DNA of 64,000 nucleotides from Phyllosticta citribraziliensis (Eukaryota): NCBI RefSeq assembly GCF_038025025.1, contig NW_027117339.1, positions 434,001 to 498,000 of the forward strand, read 5' to 3'. Shown piece by piece: positions 61,949 to 64,000 of this stretch (position 1 is its first letter; each line of letters starts with the position of its first letter). The notes under the pieces were generated by a model. It saw only the letters and a program-made list of their open reading frames with translations, ran no database searches and was not told where the DNA came from. The position numbers and the translations under genes were made by a program.

Positions 61949-63835
61949 CTACCTCCACGGACTGCTCGCAGCACCATTCTCGGCGCTCACGCTCTCAAAC
62001 TCCATCTCCCACTTGTCAATCTCGGCAAACTTCTGTGCCACCTTTGTCAGTTCTTGTCCGACATCACCGCCCTCATCACTGTTGTTCCGCCGATCCGCGT
62101 CTTGGCCATCGGCGTTCTGATTTTCCTTGTCTGACGATACTCGAGAGCGCCCATACGTCATGCTCGGCCGGCCCGCTCCACGCTGCCTTTGTGCCGCTGC
62201 GTCGTTGTTTGCCTTCCCCTTTCGCCTTGTGGAGTCTGCTGGCTGCTTTCCCTTGCCCCTGGCAGTCGATTTGCCTCGTTGACGCGGCGGGGGGTCGTGC
62301 AGAAGCTCATCTTCGTCTGAGCTTAGCTCCTGGACTTCGACATTATCCTGGCGATTTGTATTGACATCGTTCGACTCTGAGCTTGGGATTTCAAACGGGT
62401 CTTCAGTATTGCCGCGATTTCGTTGGGCTCTACGGCGGCGAGGAAGGAGAGATGCGAGGGCTGAGGTGGTGAGAGCTCGTTGGTTGTTGGATTTGGATTT
62501 AGGTTTGGACGATTTGCTTCTTGTTGTGCGCTTGCGAGTGCGGACTGTGGTTTCAATGTCGTTGTCACTGTCTGATGACGAAGAATCCGGATCGTCCTGT
62601 GTAGCTTTGACGCGCTGAGGTTGTCTACGAGAGCGACGGTTGGGTATAGCTTCTGGGCGATCTTCAGGATTCTCTCTATGAGATACAGAGCTTGTCGACT
62701 TGGGTGGAGCTTGGGTTTCGCTGTAGATTTCCGGCGTTGCTTCCCGGAGAGGTTCGTCTTCGTGGCCGGGGGCTTGTTCCTGGGTATCCGGGACGCGCTC
62801 TGGCAGCTCGTCGGGCTCACTGTACAAGTGCTCTGAGCTTGAGTCGCTCTCCATCAGGTAGGTTTGGGACAGCACTGGTGGGGAGGACGCAGGCACCTGA
62901 ACCTCAGACGTTTCATTCTGCTCAAAATCCAGCTCTTGGAATTTGCGTTTTCTTGAACTGCCCGTCCTTGCCTCACTGCTCTGTCCCTGGCTCTTCCGGC
63001 TCTTTTGCAAATGAAGCGGTGTGGATTCATGGTCTGGCTCAAAATCTCCGAGGCTGTAGTTGAGCGTGAGGTCCTCCGTGTCATCGTCATCGTTGTCGTT
63101 GTTCTCGACGTCGCTTGTCGCCCCAACCATTCGCAGGATGCTGGGCTGGCGCGGTCTACGCTTGAATTTGGAGAGCGCAAGTACCGAGTTCTCAGCCATT
63201 GGCGTGCCCTGCGCCTTGACCGCGGACGAAGGCACCACTTGGCGTTGTCTACCACGCGGGGGAGAGACTGGCGCGACCGCAGGCGACGATTCTTCGGTCT
63301 GGCCAACTCGCTGGACAGGACCGGGAGCTGGAGATTCCACAGCAACTGAGTCGTCTGTTGACGCGCCACTTGTCCGCTTCTTCTTCCTCGCTGCAAGAGC
63401 AGCAGCGGCGCTAATCGGCGCGCTAGGTTTTTCACCAGTCTTCTTCACTTGCTCCTCTGCCATTCGTCTCTTCAGTGCTTCTAGTGCCTGCGTCTGAGTG
63501 TCGTTGCGCACAACCTTCCTCCCGAGTCTCCCTCTTGGCCGCGCAGGCGCCGGCGTCTTTTGCGCGGGGGGCGATGTCTTATGAGCTGGCGCATACTCTA
63601 TTCCCAACGCGCCTGTCATTGTGAAATCCAACTCCTCCTCCTGACCGCGAGCTGTCCTGCCGTTGCGCGCGGCAGCTCGGACGCGGCGCGCATCACCATC
63701 ACTGGCGCCGTCAATTTGAGCGACGCTATGACGCGCATGAGTGCCAGAGCGCTTGTCGGTGGTGGAAGTCGCGTCAGAAGCAGTTGTGGCGCGCGAGTTG
63801 CGGGTTTGCGCTGCGCGTGTGCGCTTGGGTGGCAT
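61949..63835 (-). CDS. Sororin-like (Sor1) cohesin regulator: disordered basic/acidic protein with KEN box and sororin-type C-terminal motif
   Basis: Single 628-codon ORF from ATG 63835; DKENQ (62128-62120); C-terminal ELTKVAQKFAEIDKWEMEFESV; SVLALSKFKRRPRQPSIL block. Confidence 0.68.
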   Translation of the reverse strand: MPPKRTRAAQTRNSRATTASDATSTTDKRSGTHARHSVAQIDGASDGDARRVRAAARNGRTARGQEEELDFTMTGALGIEYAPAHKTSPPAQKTPAPARPRGRLGRKVVRNDTQTQALEALKRRMAEEQVKKTGEKPSAPISAAAALAARKKKRTSGASTDDSVAVESPAPGPVQRVGQTEESSPAVAPVSPPRGRQRQVVPSSAVKAQGTPMAENSVLALSKFKRRPRQPSILRMVGATSDVENNDNDDDDTEDLTLNYSLGDFEPDHESTPLHLQKSRKSQGQSSEARTGSSRKRKFQELDFEQNETSEVQVPASSPPVLSQTYLMESDSSSEHLYSEPDELPERVPDTQEQAPGHEDEPLREATPEIYSETQAPPKSTSSVSHRENPEDRPEAIPNRRSRRQPQRVKATQDDPDSSSSDSDNDIETTVRTRKRTTRSKSSKPKSKSNNQRALTTSALASLLPRRRRAQRNRGNTEDPFEIPSSESNDVNTNRQDNVEVQELSSDEDELLHDPPPRQRGKSTARGKGKQPADSTRRKGKANNDAAAQRQRGAGRPSMTYGRSRVSSDKENQNADGQDADRRNNSDEGGDVGQELTKVAQKFAEIDKWEMEFESVSAENGAASSPWR

Positions 63836-64000
63836 TTCTGCAAGTGATGCGAGCGCGTTGCTCAAAGGTGTATGCGAAAAAAAATCCGAAATGCTATCGG
63901 GCTAGTCGTTTGGTGGAATTGGGATGCGGTCGTGCAAGGTGGCGGAGGTGGTAGGATGCGGTTGAGGTTGAGGTAGCGTTGTTGTGATGGTTGACGCGCA

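Overview
Gene-dense genomic DNA from a filamentous ascomycete (short GT..AG introns with CTRAY branch sites; probably a Dothideomycete, which is inference). About 21 protein-coding loci could be assembled by hand. Positions 1-46 kb and 60.7-64 kb are mostly conserved housekeeping genes: a TDA5-like SDR, SDS3, an HDDC2-like gene, augmin HAUS6, a monocarboxylate MFS, COQ7, RTF1, a PNUTS/Ppn1-like PP1 adaptor, SLY1, a Btz-domain protein, OSH3, an Lsb1/Pin3-like SH3 protein, a GFA/CENP-V-like protein and a sororin-like protein. A DHA2-type MFS transporter is broken by an apparent internal deletion and frameshift. The 48-60.5 kb block looks accessory, being more AT-rich with degenerate ORFs. It holds the main candidate discovery: an 8-exon minus-strand gene (57601..54475, about 842 aa) that the ORF track splits into unrelated-looking pieces. 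It reads as signal peptide + ricin-B-lectin-like region + Cys-rich region + Kex2-type dibasic sites + hydrophobic helical segment + Cys-flanked KR loop + C-terminal R-S-E-type ADP-ribosyltransferase-like domain with an atypical Q-x-D catalytic loop, i.e. a putative secreted AB/polymorphic-toxin-like effector. All family calls are by motif recognition; no database search was run. I recognised no tRNA, rRNA, CRISPR array or intact transposon.
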